From: a virus
Lineage: Duplodnaviria > Caudoviricetes
Length of the DNA: 64,000 bases
Virus record (IMG/VR): IMGVR_UViG_3300022543_000001
Location: 26,204-90,203 of that record
Reading direction: 5' to 3' (one strand)
Shown piece by piece: positions 12,901 through 21,310 of this stretch. How positions within the stretch are numbered: position 1 is the stretch's first letter; every line of letters starts with the position of its first letter. Below the pieces are notes generated by a model. That model was given only the letters and a program-made list of their open reading frames with translations, made no database searches and was not told where the DNA came from. The translations under genes and the position numbers were made by a program.

Positions 12901-13909
12901 TGATAGTCTTAACTAATTTTTTAAAGTCAGTTTCAGTTACTTTTACTTTACCATTGCTTTCTTCTTCAATGATGTCTGCTTGTCTTCTAGCAATAACTTC
13001 TGGTTGTACAAGATTATAATGACGATTGCTTCTGTTAGACAATAATAATTTACCGTCAACAAGGTTTACTTTTCTAAGGTACTGATAAACAATCCTACCT
13101 TCTGCAGGGTTGTCTGTAATTGTACCATCCGGTTTAAAGTATACAAGACCTCCTTTTGAATCTGTAACAACAGCAGCTATACCATTATCATTTGGATTCT
13201 TCTCTAGGAATGCTCTATCATCAGCAGTTAATAGTTCAGGAGAAATATTTCTTGTTAACTGTGTAGTCAAAGCAAGTATTACTCCATTATATTCAATCTC
13301 TTCTGTACCCGTTCTTTGTTTAGCTATCTCTACTATAGCTTTAACTACTTCAGAAAATAGTTTCTTTTCAGGATCTATGTTGTTTCTTTCTTCCTCAGAT
13401 AAAGTTTCTGGATTTCCAGCATATGCAATTTGAATAGATGTAGCCCAAGGGGTTGATACCTTAGCACCATTGTCTTCATTAAATGACCAGAACTCCTTCT
13501 CGTCTACTTCAGGAACAAAGTCTTTTTTACCTTTGTTTGTATTTTTAATCTCAGAATCAATCTGCTGCTTGCTCTTTTTTTTAGTTGCAATATCCTTTCC
13601 TACCTCAGTAAGATCAGCATATCTTTTTCTCATTTGTGCAAGAGCAGTAAAATCAAAACCATTATCAACTAGATAATCATTAGCTTCATTGTCTTGAGTA
13701 ACTAAATGGAATACATCAGGAATAGCTTGTGCATATAACATAGCTTTAACTTGATCTCCTGTAGCTTCTTTTACAACATTGTATGTGTCTTGAACAATTT
13801 TATTCAAGTCAATTGCAGGTAATTCAGAATTACCTAATCTATCAGTTACTTCACCATAAAGTACTTCATATAAATCTAATACCTGCTCTCTATTTAAACT
13901 ACATGCCAT
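3962..13909 (-). CDS. Virion-packaged single-chain multidomain DNA-dependent RNA polymerase (crAss-like; phi14:2 gp66-type), 3315 aa
   Basis: RIPVQG...IVAKSGGDFDIDKLTIF catalytic DxDxD-type motif (DFDID about 7052-7066), STQLRKLI motif and zincin HEAWH (11567-11581). Size and position after the ejection proteins match crAss-like RNAPs. Confidence 0.93.
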   Translation of the reverse strand: MACSLNREQVLDLYEVLYGEVTDRLGNSELPAIDLNKIVQDTYNVVKEATGDQVKAMLYAQAIPDVFHLVTQDNEANDYLVDNGFDFTALAQMRKRYADLTEVGKDIATKKKSKQQIDSEIKNTNKGKKDFVPEVDEKEFWSFNEDNGAKVSTPWATSIQIAYAGNPETLSEEERNNIDPEKKLFSEVVKAIVEIAKQRTGTEEIEYNGVILALTTQLTRNISPELLTADDRAFLEKNPNDNGIAAVVTDSKGGLVYFKPDGTITDNPAEGRIVYQYLRKVNLVDGKLLLSNRSNRHYNLVQPEVIARRQADIIEEESNGKVKVTETDFKKLVKTIKDRQDREMNELYQLRKLIEESNGDLQIILPILGGTFGIPRTAVKTMTLEEAGLTEEDIKNYTGITTGKDTGKQYVIIQKTKAGGLNVDQEVFLQRSDIDQSLAEQLATVLTTTAKLKGRELTPDERKAYFEIFINNALMKDPKTGYKTNLPYNRDRIRAKVLIVNNEKTFFVELNGKEIPQDVLYTETGKKLIVDHLLSARPKDKVKDEFWPANVQYNNKYKGKTFTEYSIEGDKITESSKDYFEAIKPYVKVTYTTETNAYENGMNAYLTYAIPDGTVEFDGIIPVGRPKPTQSKPAPKAKVDKEAPKPAPKKQTRTKPVTAAQTPSKTEAEAKETNIRNNPSTRVSLLDDIINGSSNSALYKKKGLDRSKLRDRFLDKVFTSKSDRQKAESWWNNSPLSKFISLERVTEIVNSDAFATWSGYGITLYEADGGTMVDVYHEAWHGFSQLLLTKDEKIKLYEEVQTLAKYKGKSFFDIEESLAEEFRAYAKSKGKKEVRGILGKLFDKIYQFIQKLFGKVTKQQAATSLQDVESVKELFDKLYRASENPSILSSLKPSMDNVMFGKLNRSKIINDNFTLEESKKIADAMDSMMSVIFQAHNRDFNTTAAALKLLKDPENKKDLYRDIYDRFERLRIAYVADLEADDELLTDPKFLEELELLDKITSNFGNLTDSLDGREKNNVIAYHLEKSRYRVLRDQYIEIEDPSNIEKSNLFKLNDGNTISSKELASEDTMMLLASIFKVSKENGEIVTNRDGLFGLPVLQDVDITWNRLAKILEGSFDEMDMYSRIFENSENYPELEQLQKLLPNPFFNEKTALGQYTPMEFSSETNFWQDFKKPRIPYVQLNLNKEEARSEEGINKSFEARVAKANFDVYQVIQDWKSNFVTADSTINPYVSKDKYGNNILNTSKIVKEFGTDGRFNYRKANEFLQAIGIVLDQSSSAIKEIVNNRTTPFSTTFGIDRMYEVIKKVNKSSSADAFLFKKDPLTYLLNGLPESLRDSQSQSDEVRGRIRALAGLQNAFSDSYSNFSVQTPEGNRVWEHMVDNTITRIVTAINYADNWQQLTTAEADPNGRFKHMRWLNESNNTLSPFSKLLNSIFDLDPMSPTYGQKISDAKITLQNVAGTQMVSRRNEGGTSTASMDATSKYLQEFHTMLLSGVEEFMRHASKNTAMGMTIDGDIKTYNGKKASKLYVDMESFLPYADGTIKSYDIIEGYLAGEANRIFRFQQDIDKFENYAGYNRKVKRKDGKKTAVMAGQAFTAFDDILSPTTQKELYSIIDAASDNKLSDFDLMTELDNNPTLRDLIRKDVEKYFDIDTAANYTRLQKAKYVDKGLIERIKVTNEDLTEKDIETALVKAYTYNSFIHKMETVIIAYGDLVQYNHAKEEFHKRNAGLASGGKGFRADKRAQIYVSSLKNYYADRRGYAVRNYDGTLQTAIIKEMQFNSVMYKEYRDEIEEAIYARTKNRKLAKENADKAASEYFSTDKPQMKIADGQGIVGFETYRRLKHLEGNWSDQQELLYRKVSMGQNITAEDVVEFFPPYKLQYFGNIESTGLPVNSFHKFSLAPIIPGVGKEGTPMYDLHEKMMKDQIDYVLFESGSKVSHIGKGDVVLNPDGTFDKNSKFTINTIYAEFLKNQTEVNATYKGKSIFSTQLRKLILEGLYQQGKIKSTKYQDITEERVKKYIDHVEEYTNLLKIELLEEMGYEETTPGEYKAKDKSSIAKLVNMIRTNLEREEVLSDDLIEFIDVFDNNGDLVHDLSFHPEAAKIEKLLLSMINKRVIKQKVTGEPLIQVSVGLYANQFTEPDLRKASKDEIKKWASTTYLLPTYHKKANGYTAAAKVMIAMQGSYYNLFNLEYANDETVGVYLEDGTLDMDKSLARLNEKIKDDSWLDANEGAVRKAITLVGVRIPVQGLNSMEFAEVFEFLPPQAGNIIIPPAEIVAKSGGDFDIDKLTIFMNTLDEDGNVIKRSYKDNQTIKNLRGTDNFAKAVKEQKAALENELIEDIKNILELPDNYASLIMPNGTFILKDIADKLSDKVSEYNPKNNKMTENTGEISPTRVLEAMYNIYKHESNIVGKKTLGLGAIENTFNVIMNSLGAYMPDEYTLKRELRKSNMRLRHNKMTADGKEVISMSDLYDVDGINKVGDVISQMMNGWVDVEKDAWIFFIQGNYEVAPTLLYLVKAGVPVQEAIYFVSNPLVREYVDEQRLAKSTFADVLNKKPDSPGLAKYKAASEVIKNHFDKAELAKNSSNDARYLKGQELLNDHFKDRKEKTFTLTEMEDLINSNDKDSDIAKAMFLHYLELEQQISGYTALKMSSNPDTATKSTLSDVEQSEANIEELEFDSRIPREILNSMMNDSIISSFFNGPMALAVSRPLFKLRYHKQISDYLIARKNQIRNDLETTFPGKNIEMFSNVFRNDIVSFILQNALRKYKAEEGFMSLNMETKIPTALVKELKRGAFVKGGTLYVDVKQLQKEFKSQAWIEGSDAENSYEDRGLYPLHPSTFMNNEETNFSEYQKFVSEREYLRSVYPLTTDYSTSVEFQEELKTTKELFPDLSNEKAVRYTYEKLLAIKALDNSYNFFHLFQDSDNAFAVRMSKLLQNNPELAKDYPVLGRLKLDSDKTETAFNILLAEKSFDSDKSNLYSNDLKRLADPTVQKVSDPQENARISDMFKYLSTFAFLQTGLNKTKLSFTNVVDYTDFLNIVEDEVGKFTDALDKKGFTVLDNFYDQFIRQNSVTNLNKNRFKDYLSGMDYANPERISPTVAPTPQRGQQVAEEDSTNLDTTAEVKRLGLRSTDKEGVFMYNDSNAKNIYYYTNIGKNNPDVVFVHNTSVYEIKPEQIAKGTNLGGASNFMSEVPSMSINFPTNLFASVVNGKQVDLSPDQYQTLKNIWEKRINIIKQIQEKDGKIAFPEYGFGDPNTMPQELFVYLSKRLFEEFQYVNPGSTMYDQMRDLVSASQGISDAEILTQLELEEDPFKCS

Positions 13910-13910
13910 T

Positions 13911-16900
13911 TTAACAAGTTTTTGAATTTTCAGCTAATTTATCTAATCTTGATTTTTTATCAGATGCTTTTGATTTTTCTTTTGCTTCAGCAAGTGCTGC
14001 TGCATCATTTTGAATATCCTTGATAGTATCTTTTGATTCATTAGAATCTTCGATATCTACAGGAGTTATTTCTACATTTGCTTCAGGTTGTGTTGCTTCC
14101 ATAGTTGTTTTTTCAAAATTTTCTATAAGTTCTGCTTCAGTAAAATCTCTTGATTCTTCAGTCTTAATATTTTTCAATTTAACCGAATCTTTATTCTTTT
14201 TTACCACGATAACTTCCTCACCAGAGAAGTCTGTAAAGATAGGATTTTTACTTATAAGATACTCATCCACAGCAATATTTTGAATAGAAACAATTGTTTT
14301 TAATTCCTGTAATCTATTGGTATAAGCATCTCTTATAGCAGTTGTATCTTGATCATTTTTTACAGCATCCAGAAATGCTTCTTCATAAACTTGCTCAATA
14401 GTATCTAACGTAGCATTGTTTATTTTTTCAACAGAATCTAACACCTCTTCAAACTCTACAGGTTCTTCAAATGTTTCACCTAAACTTTCTTCTCTTGCTT
14501 GTTTGACAAGGTCTTCAAGTTCCGTTCTTGTAGCTGGTCTAGAAACTGTTTCTGCTGGTTTTCTGCTAGACCTTTCATTCTGAGGTACACTAGACCCTTT
14601 CTGTACTTCTGCTGATCCTGGCCCAAAGACTTGGTCGGCTGCTTCTTGTTTTTTGCTGATTCTTCCATTCTTAGTTAAATTAATTAATTGCATGTCATTA
14701 AGTAAATCATTCAATGCATTAATTTGATTAGTAATATCATCTACTATATCTCCACGATTAATTACAGTGTAACCTAATGACTCTAATTTTTGAATAGTGT
14801 CTTTAGCCCATTTTGTAATAGTGTTTAGATCTGACTTCTTTAAAGCTTGCACTCCACTCTCTATCAAAGTATCTAATGCATCTGGATATTCAGCACTCAG
14901 TATTTCTGTTATTGCTGTACCAATATTACGTGATAAAGATAAGTTATCTATTGCTTTTAAGTCTTGTGTTTCATTTGCTTTTGTAGTATTTCTAGTTAAT
15001 CTCTGAAAACTATTTGGCAATCTATTCAAAGCAAAAATGTAATCATCTGCATTCTCTCCATAGACAAACATTTTTTTGTTTGATTCAGCAAGAGAAACTC
15101 TTTTATTATTAAGTTGTTTAATTTGATCTTGTAGTTTGGCAATCCTGGTAATCAAAGCATCTCTTTTATCAGAGTCTATATCTTCTGTAGAGACAATATT
15201 ACGGAGGTCTCCAATTTTTTGAGATAACCCACCGATCTGTTTATCAATTTTACTTATTGCTTCATCATTAGACATATAACTTAAGACAGTTATAGTTCCA
15301 GTTTTGTCTCTTAATACATCATACCTTACACCATTTATTGTTGCAATAGTATCATCATTATTAGAGAATGCTGCATTAACTACTTTACCGTTTACAGTTG
15401 AAACTTGACCAATAGATTCAGTTGGTACAACCATACCTAGTCCAGCAGCACTTAATTTTAATAAACCATTAGATACATTTTTACCATCAATCTTTATTGG
15501 AAAAACTTCAATAACTCCTTCAGTTGATTTAATAGCTTCAGAAATCTTTTTAATATTACTTTCAAGTTCAGCAATATAATCTGGATTACCAAACTCACCT
15601 TTTTCTACAGCTAAGTTTGCTTCTAATGCATCTAGTGTAAGTTGTAATGTAGATATGTCATCATTAATAACAATCTCAACTCCAAATTCTGCATTTGGCA
15701 TTAGTACTAATTTACCAACTCGACCATTATAAATAACAGCTTTATTTACATTTTCTCCAATTCCATTTTTAGTAGGGTCAGATTCTTCAATACCCACAGT
15801 TACAGAAGATGGTTTTGCTTCTTCTCTCTTAATAGGTGCTTTAATATCTGGCGTTGTTTTAGTGATACCGTAGTTTTCAATTTCCGGTAAGTATTCTAAA
15901 TCAATTGTGTCCTTTCCATCCTCTACAATAGAAGCAAGTTCGATGTCATTAATGTAACCATCAATAGTTACATCAATTTCAAACGGCATTAACTTCAAGT
16001 CAGGTGTAATAGCAGTATTATTGTGGAACATGTAACCATATATAGACTGTTGAGCACGGAAATATGTAGACTTATCTTTAAGTTTACCTGTTCCAAATGC
16101 TGTCCATTTATCTTTACCTGCAGTTTTAATATCCACAATAGCAACTGAACCATCTTCTCTTACTAAAAGTAAGTCAAGCTCTCCTGTTACACCATTACCG
16201 TCTCGTAAATTTTTATCAAATAGTTTTACGTTCTCTGATAAGATAGTGTATGTACCATCTACTATACCAAGTCTAAACTTAGTGACAATACCTCCAGGGT
16301 TACTTGGTGTAACTGGTGCAAATAGTTTATCAAAAACTTTTCTTGCCATTACATCAGATATCTTAACCGGTCTACCTTTTATCTCTACTTCAGAATCATA
16401 ATCAAATTCTGAGAAATTAGATTTAGTTCCTGCATTAGGGGTAAGGAATACTCTGATTAGGTTATCCACCACGTCTCCAGCATCTGCAAACTCTCTGAAT
16501 GCTGTTTTTGAAACAACATTTTTTAAATTTTCATATGTAGGTCTATTACCTAATGCATTCTCAATTGTTTTTAATTTCTTTTCTGATCTAAATACTTTCC
16601 ATCCACCTTGTGATTGATAAACTTTTCTTTTAAAAGCTTCCATAAATAATCGTACTCTATCTTCAAGTACAATATCTGGATCATTAAAGAATTGATTAAA
16701 CAAATTCTCAAGTGGAGCAGCAGTAGGATTACCATCTGCATCAACACCCGGTTTCAATGGATTGTAAATAAAAGGATCTTTACCTAACATCTCAGTCTCA
16801 ACTTCTTCAGCAACTTGAGTAGATCTAGCTGGCATAGGATCATTAGGACCTCTATCTCTAAAAGTTCTACCTATGACATTACCATCTTCATCAGTTACAT

Positions 16901-19900
16901 CAACAAGTTCATCTTGTTTGTTAATAACATACTCTTGTATGATATTAATAGTTTGTTCTGCAATGTTTCTAGGTTCTGATGCAGTTACTCTTGCATTAAG
17001 ATATCCAGTTAAACCTTCTATATCATCTTTAATGTTTGAAATATCTTCTGGAGTCAACTGTATATATTCACCCTTCTTTTTAGGATTAGGATACTGACCA
17101 TCTTCTAAAAACTTTTGGAATCTTTTTACTATACTTGATATAGTATATGTAGTTGTTTGAGCATTGATTTTTGTATCAATAAACTTTAGAGCAGGAGGTT
17201 GAGCCAATCTTTGAGCTTTATCTAATGCATTTTGTTTAGACTGCTCATTAAATGATTCAATTAAAGAACCTTGTGTTTCTAACCAGTTACTTCTAAGTCT
17301 ATCATACTCAATTGGATTATTTACTTTAATCTCTAATGGTTCCATTAGAACATTGACTAAATAATCATCAAATGCTTTTGTTATTTCATCTTGAAATTCT
17401 AAATCAAAATCCTCAAACTCAGTTTTAGTTGTGTAAGTATCAGGAGTATTTTCATCAACACCTTTCTTTTTGAAATCATTTTTTACTTCAGCAATAAGGT
17501 TATCATACTTATCATTAATAGCATCTATTGCTTCTTGATAAGCTAAAAATTCTCTTGTGTTTTTTACATCAATAGTTGGAGCTGCTGGTTTTTTACTTAA
17601 CTCAGTTTCAATTTCAGAAAGTCTTGCTGCAGCATATTCACCATATATAACAGATTTAAGAGCAGCATCAATTCTTGTATTAAATGCTTCTTGTTGATCA
17701 TCTATATCAGAAGTGTCATACTTTTGAGATACATCAAAAATGTTTTTATTTTTTTGTCTATCATTCTTTTGTATTTCTTCTTGCTCACTAAAAAATTCTT
17801 GAGCATTAAGACCTTGTTTTTCTAAAACTTCTGTAGCAAGAACTTCAGCAGCTGCTTGAACATCTACATAATTATCAGAAGCTAATTTATCAATAGCTTT
17901 TGTAACTAATTCTTTTTCTTTCTCAAGTGCTTTTCTTTCTTCGTCTGTAAGTTCTTCACTAGCAATACGTTCTGATTCTTGTTGTAAGTATTCTTCTTCA
18001 GTTAAACCGTATTTTTCTTTGAACCTATTCTCATATTTAGATCGTTCAGCATCTAATAAATCAGCTCTTTCATCCTCAAGTGTTTGAATTCTTTTATCAA
18101 GTACTTGTTTTTGTGTAAGAGGATCACCAGCTGGTTTTTTCTCAGAAAGTTCAGCAGCTTTTATAAATAATTCAATGTAGTCTTCATAAACAATAGAACC
18201 TTTGTTAATCATTCTATTATTTGTGACGTCAATAAAATACTCAGGTAAATACCTTGGATCTTCTGACCATTTAGAAAACTCTTCTAAGTCAACAAATATT
18301 CCTTGATCAGCCAATGTATTTAACAAAGTGTTTTTTTCAATAGCTGATATCTCTTGATTTACAATGTTTTTAATAACTTCTTCTCTATTATTATAAAGAT
18401 CCTTCATAAACTTGAAGTTTCTCATAATGTGCTCATAGAACTCTCTTGGATTAGATAATAAATTTACATGTTCAGCAAGTCTTGCTGATTCATTTCTTAA
18501 TACATGTGTATCAAGTAAACTATCAAATAAATCATCAATACCACCTAACTCTTGCAATTCTTGTTCTAACTGCATTCTTTTATCAAAACCACCAGCTAAA
18601 CCATTTAATAAATTAGCAAATGATTCTTTATAATCTAAGAACTCATTACTTTCTCCATTGTCATACTGTTTTACAATTTCATCAATACTTGCTAAAGAAG
18701 CATCTTGATCTGACATGTCTGGATTTTCTCTTAATATTTCATTTTTAATATTATCAAGCAATGTCTTATTGACAAATAAATCTACAAGACTTTCTTGTCT
18801 TTCTTGGAAATTAGAATATAATTCAAGAAGTTCTCTTTTTCTTGATGCTTCAGCAATTGATTCTGAAGTGTTAAAAGATTCTAAGTTCTCTATCTCAGTC
18901 TTCAACATCTCAACTTCTCTTTGTAATTTATTAGGATCCGTCAATGTTGTAAAGTCAGAGAAGTTAGATTCTCTAATTGCTGATAGAGAAGATAAAGTTT
19001 CGTATAACTTCTTTTCTCTTTTTACATTGTTATCAAATGACTCGTGTAAGAAAACATAATTATATAATGCTTGATTATATGCTTTATTGTAAATCTGAGC
19101 CATTCTATATTCTTCAGTATCTTTTTCATAGTCATCTAAGTTGGCCATGAATTTCATTTTAGATTTAGCAGTGTCCCATCTAGTAGCAATCTTTTTAGCA
19201 TTCTCTAGTGACTGATCAAATCTTTCTAATGCCTTAGTACCTTGACCAGGAGCTAGACCCCATGCCTCTTCTAAGTCAGTTGCTGAAGCTTGTTTGTAAT
19301 TTTCATAATGGTTTAAGAATGAATTAAAGGTTCCATTTTGTAATGAACCTAATACTGCAGATTGAAAAGCAGCAAACTCAGTATCTCTAATTTCTTTTGT
19401 AGTTTGATTTTCTGGATCATCTATTATTTTTCCTAACAGAGATTGATTAACATAGTTGTTGATTCTGTCATCAAAGAAATACTGTGGATTTTTATACATA
19501 GTATTTAATTGATCTACTACAGTATCAGCTAGTTCTTCTCTACCATCTAAGTACTCTTTATAAGCAGCATCTTTTTTAAGATAATCATTGTATCCAACAG
19601 TTGCATATTTTTTAATATGACCAGGAGCTTGTAAGATAGAACCCATTAAGAATCCAGACAAGAATGTTTCAAGTCCTTGAGAACTGAATTGTTTTTTTAC
19701 TGAGTCACCTAATAAAGCAGCACCGTATCTAAAACTTCTTGCATCAGGATTATTATATGTTTCTACATAATAGTTTTGTGTAGCTTCCTGTAATACATCT
19801 TGAGCTATTTCTTGACCACCTTCTACAACATTTGCTTTAAAATAATTTAAACCAACTTTACCGTATGTACCAGGTTTAGCCAAAGACTTAATAGCATTGA

Positions 19901-21305
19901 CTAAGTTTACTCTTTGTTTAACAAACGTACCTTCTAGTGCAGTCTTACCTGGTTGGAAAAGGATTTGGAAATCTTTCCCTACATTAGTAACCACTTTACC
20001 AAAACTAAACTTTGGTGCTCCTTTTAAGAAACTAGCATTAGTAATTGAAGGAAACACAAGTTTGTTAGAAAGAAATATAAGAGCAGTATTAGAAGCTGTA
20101 TTTAAAAATGCACCTTCAGATGATTGTCTCATCATACTCTCTTGTTCTTCTAGAGTAGGTCCTTTACCATTATGGTCTTGTACAAATTTATTGTACAATC
20201 TATCATATGTCTGAGCTCTTGTGAATCCTCCCTCAAGTTTACCTTCAGAAAGAGCCATGTTCAAGTTCATCATGTCATGCCACAATGCACCTGCAGTTGT
20301 TGCACTCCTTGCTAAGTTTGTAAGGTTGTCAGTATTCTTTAACTGATTGTATGCTTGTAATGTATTCCCTAAAGGGTTAATGAAGTTACCAAAGTTTTTA
20401 GCTGAAGCACCAAACAACTCTTTTGCTTTACTTAAGTTAGAATAGTTCTTTACACTTGCTAATAATTCTTTTGTACCTTTAGCAGCTTCAACTAATGATT
20501 TAGGAAGGCTTCCTAGTTTGTTTAGGAAAGTAGATCCTCCCTCAACAACTCCAGTAGCAGCATTTCCACCACTAAATAAACCACCTATCAGAGCTCCTTC
20601 TACAGCACCTTCCATTAGGATACCCATAGAATAAGCTGCTGAGTTAAATAAGTTTACTGTAAACCCACCAACACCACCTTTTGATGATGCTCCAATAGCA
20701 TTAAAGTATTCATAGTCTCTTGCACTTTCAGCACTAGCTTCAAATAAACCATTACCGTCCATGATACTTTTGTAAGAATCAATAGGATCCATGAATCCTT
20801 TAGTCAACATTGGCCATGCAGCATGTGTGGCCCATCTTGTTATATCATCTCCAAATGTTGTATTCTGATTGAATAGAGCTTCATTATCAATAAGTGGATG
20901 GAATCCAATCTTATTGTATGTATCCTGACCATAAGCTTTATACCTTGCTCTAAATGTTCCTTTAGGAGATGCATCAAAAGCATAAGGTTCAGCATAGTTA
21001 CCTACGTCTGTCTTACTGTTTATTTCAGACATACCTCTATCAAGCATAGCACCAAAACCACCTTGACTAACACCGTTTATTCTATCTGCTTTTACAGAAG
21101 AAGGGTAATAGTCTGAAGATATACCTGCTGTATTATCTTTAATATAATTTGTAGGATTAGCAAAATTGTCTTTCCAATTGATCTTTGGAGCAAGAGGTTG
21201 ATCTACAGATGCTGGGTTTAAGAAATCACTTTTAGCCATCAACTCATTAAAAGCAGATGGTTGATTGTCTAAATTCTCTACAGTATTTAAGGTTTCTTCA
21301 GCCAT
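13911..21305 (-). CDS. Giant ejection-type virion protein (2464 aa): hydrophobic N-terminal helices, coiled coil, PD-(D/E)xK nuclease-like domain
   Basis: Gly/Ala-rich hydrophobic segments (AAYSMGILMEGAVEGALIGGLFSGG; LETFLSGFLMGSIL); GDVVDNLIRVF...GELDLLLVREDGSVAIVDIKT...YFRAQQSIY nuclease signature; adjacent to the RNAP gene. Confidence 0.75.
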   Translation of the reverse strand: MAEETLNTVENLDNQPSAFNELMAKSDFLNPASVDQPLAPKINWKDNFANPTNYIKDNTAGISSDYYPSSVKADRINGVSQGGFGAMLDRGMSEINSKTDVGNYAEPYAFDASPKGTFRARYKAYGQDTYNKIGFHPLIDNEALFNQNTTFGDDITRWATHAAWPMLTKGFMDPIDSYKSIMDGNGLFEASAESARDYEYFNAIGASSKGGVGGFTVNLFNSAAYSMGILMEGAVEGALIGGLFSGGNAATGVVEGGSTFLNKLGSLPKSLVEAAKGTKELLASVKNYSNLSKAKELFGASAKNFGNFINPLGNTLQAYNQLKNTDNLTNLARSATTAGALWHDMMNLNMALSEGKLEGGFTRAQTYDRLYNKFVQDHNGKGPTLEEQESMMRQSSEGAFLNTASNTALIFLSNKLVFPSITNASFLKGAPKFSFGKVVTNVGKDFQILFQPGKTALEGTFVKQRVNLVNAIKSLAKPGTYGKVGLNYFKANVVEGGQEIAQDVLQEATQNYYVETYNNPDARSFRYGAALLGDSVKKQFSSQGLETFLSGFLMGSILQAPGHIKKYATVGYNDYLKKDAAYKEYLDGREELADTVVDQLNTMYKNPQYFFDDRINNYVNQSLLGKIIDDPENQTTKEIRDTEFAAFQSAVLGSLQNGTFNSFLNHYENYKQASATDLEEAWGLAPGQGTKALERFDQSLENAKKIATRWDTAKSKMKFMANLDDYEKDTEEYRMAQIYNKAYNQALYNYVFLHESFDNNVKREKKLYETLSSLSAIRESNFSDFTTLTDPNKLQREVEMLKTEIENLESFNTSESIAEASRKRELLELYSNFQERQESLVDLFVNKTLLDNIKNEILRENPDMSDQDASLASIDEIVKQYDNGESNEFLDYKESFANLLNGLAGGFDKRMQLEQELQELGGIDDLFDSLLDTHVLRNESARLAEHVNLLSNPREFYEHIMRNFKFMKDLYNNREEVIKNIVNQEISAIEKNTLLNTLADQGIFVDLEEFSKWSEDPRYLPEYFIDVTNNRMINKGSIVYEDYIELFIKAAELSEKKPAGDPLTQKQVLDKRIQTLEDERADLLDAERSKYENRFKEKYGLTEEEYLQQESERIASEELTDEERKALEKEKELVTKAIDKLASDNYVDVQAAAEVLATEVLEKQGLNAQEFFSEQEEIQKNDRQKNKNIFDVSQKYDTSDIDDQQEAFNTRIDAALKSVIYGEYAAARLSEIETELSKKPAAPTIDVKNTREFLAYQEAIDAINDKYDNLIAEVKNDFKKKGVDENTPDTYTTKTEFEDFDLEFQDEITKAFDDYLVNVLMEPLEIKVNNPIEYDRLRSNWLETQGSLIESFNEQSKQNALDKAQRLAQPPALKFIDTKINAQTTTYTISSIVKRFQKFLEDGQYPNPKKKGEYIQLTPEDISNIKDDIEGLTGYLNARVTASEPRNIAEQTINIIQEYVINKQDELVDVTDEDGNVIGRTFRDRGPNDPMPARSTQVAEEVETEMLGKDPFIYNPLKPGVDADGNPTAAPLENLFNQFFNDPDIVLEDRVRLFMEAFKRKVYQSQGGWKVFRSEKKLKTIENALGNRPTYENLKNVVSKTAFREFADAGDVVDNLIRVFLTPNAGTKSNFSEFDYDSEVEIKGRPVKISDVMARKVFDKLFAPVTPSNPGGIVTKFRLGIVDGTYTILSENVKLFDKNLRDGNGVTGELDLLLVREDGSVAIVDIKTAGKDKWTAFGTGKLKDKSTYFRAQQSIYGYMFHNNTAITPDLKLMPFEIDVTIDGYINDIELASIVEDGKDTIDLEYLPEIENYGITKTTPDIKAPIKREEAKPSSVTVGIEESDPTKNGIGENVNKAVIYNGRVGKLVLMPNAEFGVEIVINDDISTLQLTLDALEANLAVEKGEFGNPDYIAELESNIKKISEAIKSTEGVIEVFPIKIDGKNVSNGLLKLSAAGLGMVVPTESIGQVSTVNGKVVNAAFSNNDDTIATINGVRYDVLRDKTGTITVLSYMSNDEAISKIDKQIGGLSQKIGDLRNIVSTEDIDSDKRDALITRIAKLQDQIKQLNNKRVSLAESNKKMFVYGENADDYIFALNRLPNSFQRLTRNTTKANETQDLKAIDNLSLSRNIGTAITEILSAEYPDALDTLIESGVQALKKSDLNTITKWAKDTIQKLESLGYTVINRGDIVDDITNQINALNDLLNDMQLINLTKNGRISKKQEAADQVFGPGSAEVQKGSSVPQNERSSRKPAETVSRPATRTELEDLVKQAREESLGETFEEPVEFEEVLDSVEKINNATLDTIEQVYEEAFLDAVKNDQDTTAIRDAYTNRLQELKTIVSIQNIAVDEYLISKNPIFTDFSGEEVIVVKKNKDSVKLKNIKTEESRDFTEAELIENFEKTTMEATQPEANVEITPVDIEDSNESKDTIKDIQNDAAALAEAKEKSKASDKKSRLDKLAENSKTC

Positions 21306-21310
21306 TTTAA

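Noticed and set aside
3962-13909. Introns or inteins in RNAP, MCP or portal (common in crAss-like phages)
   Set aside because: Reading frames are continuous and I saw no intein C/S...HN or homing-endonuclease motifs.
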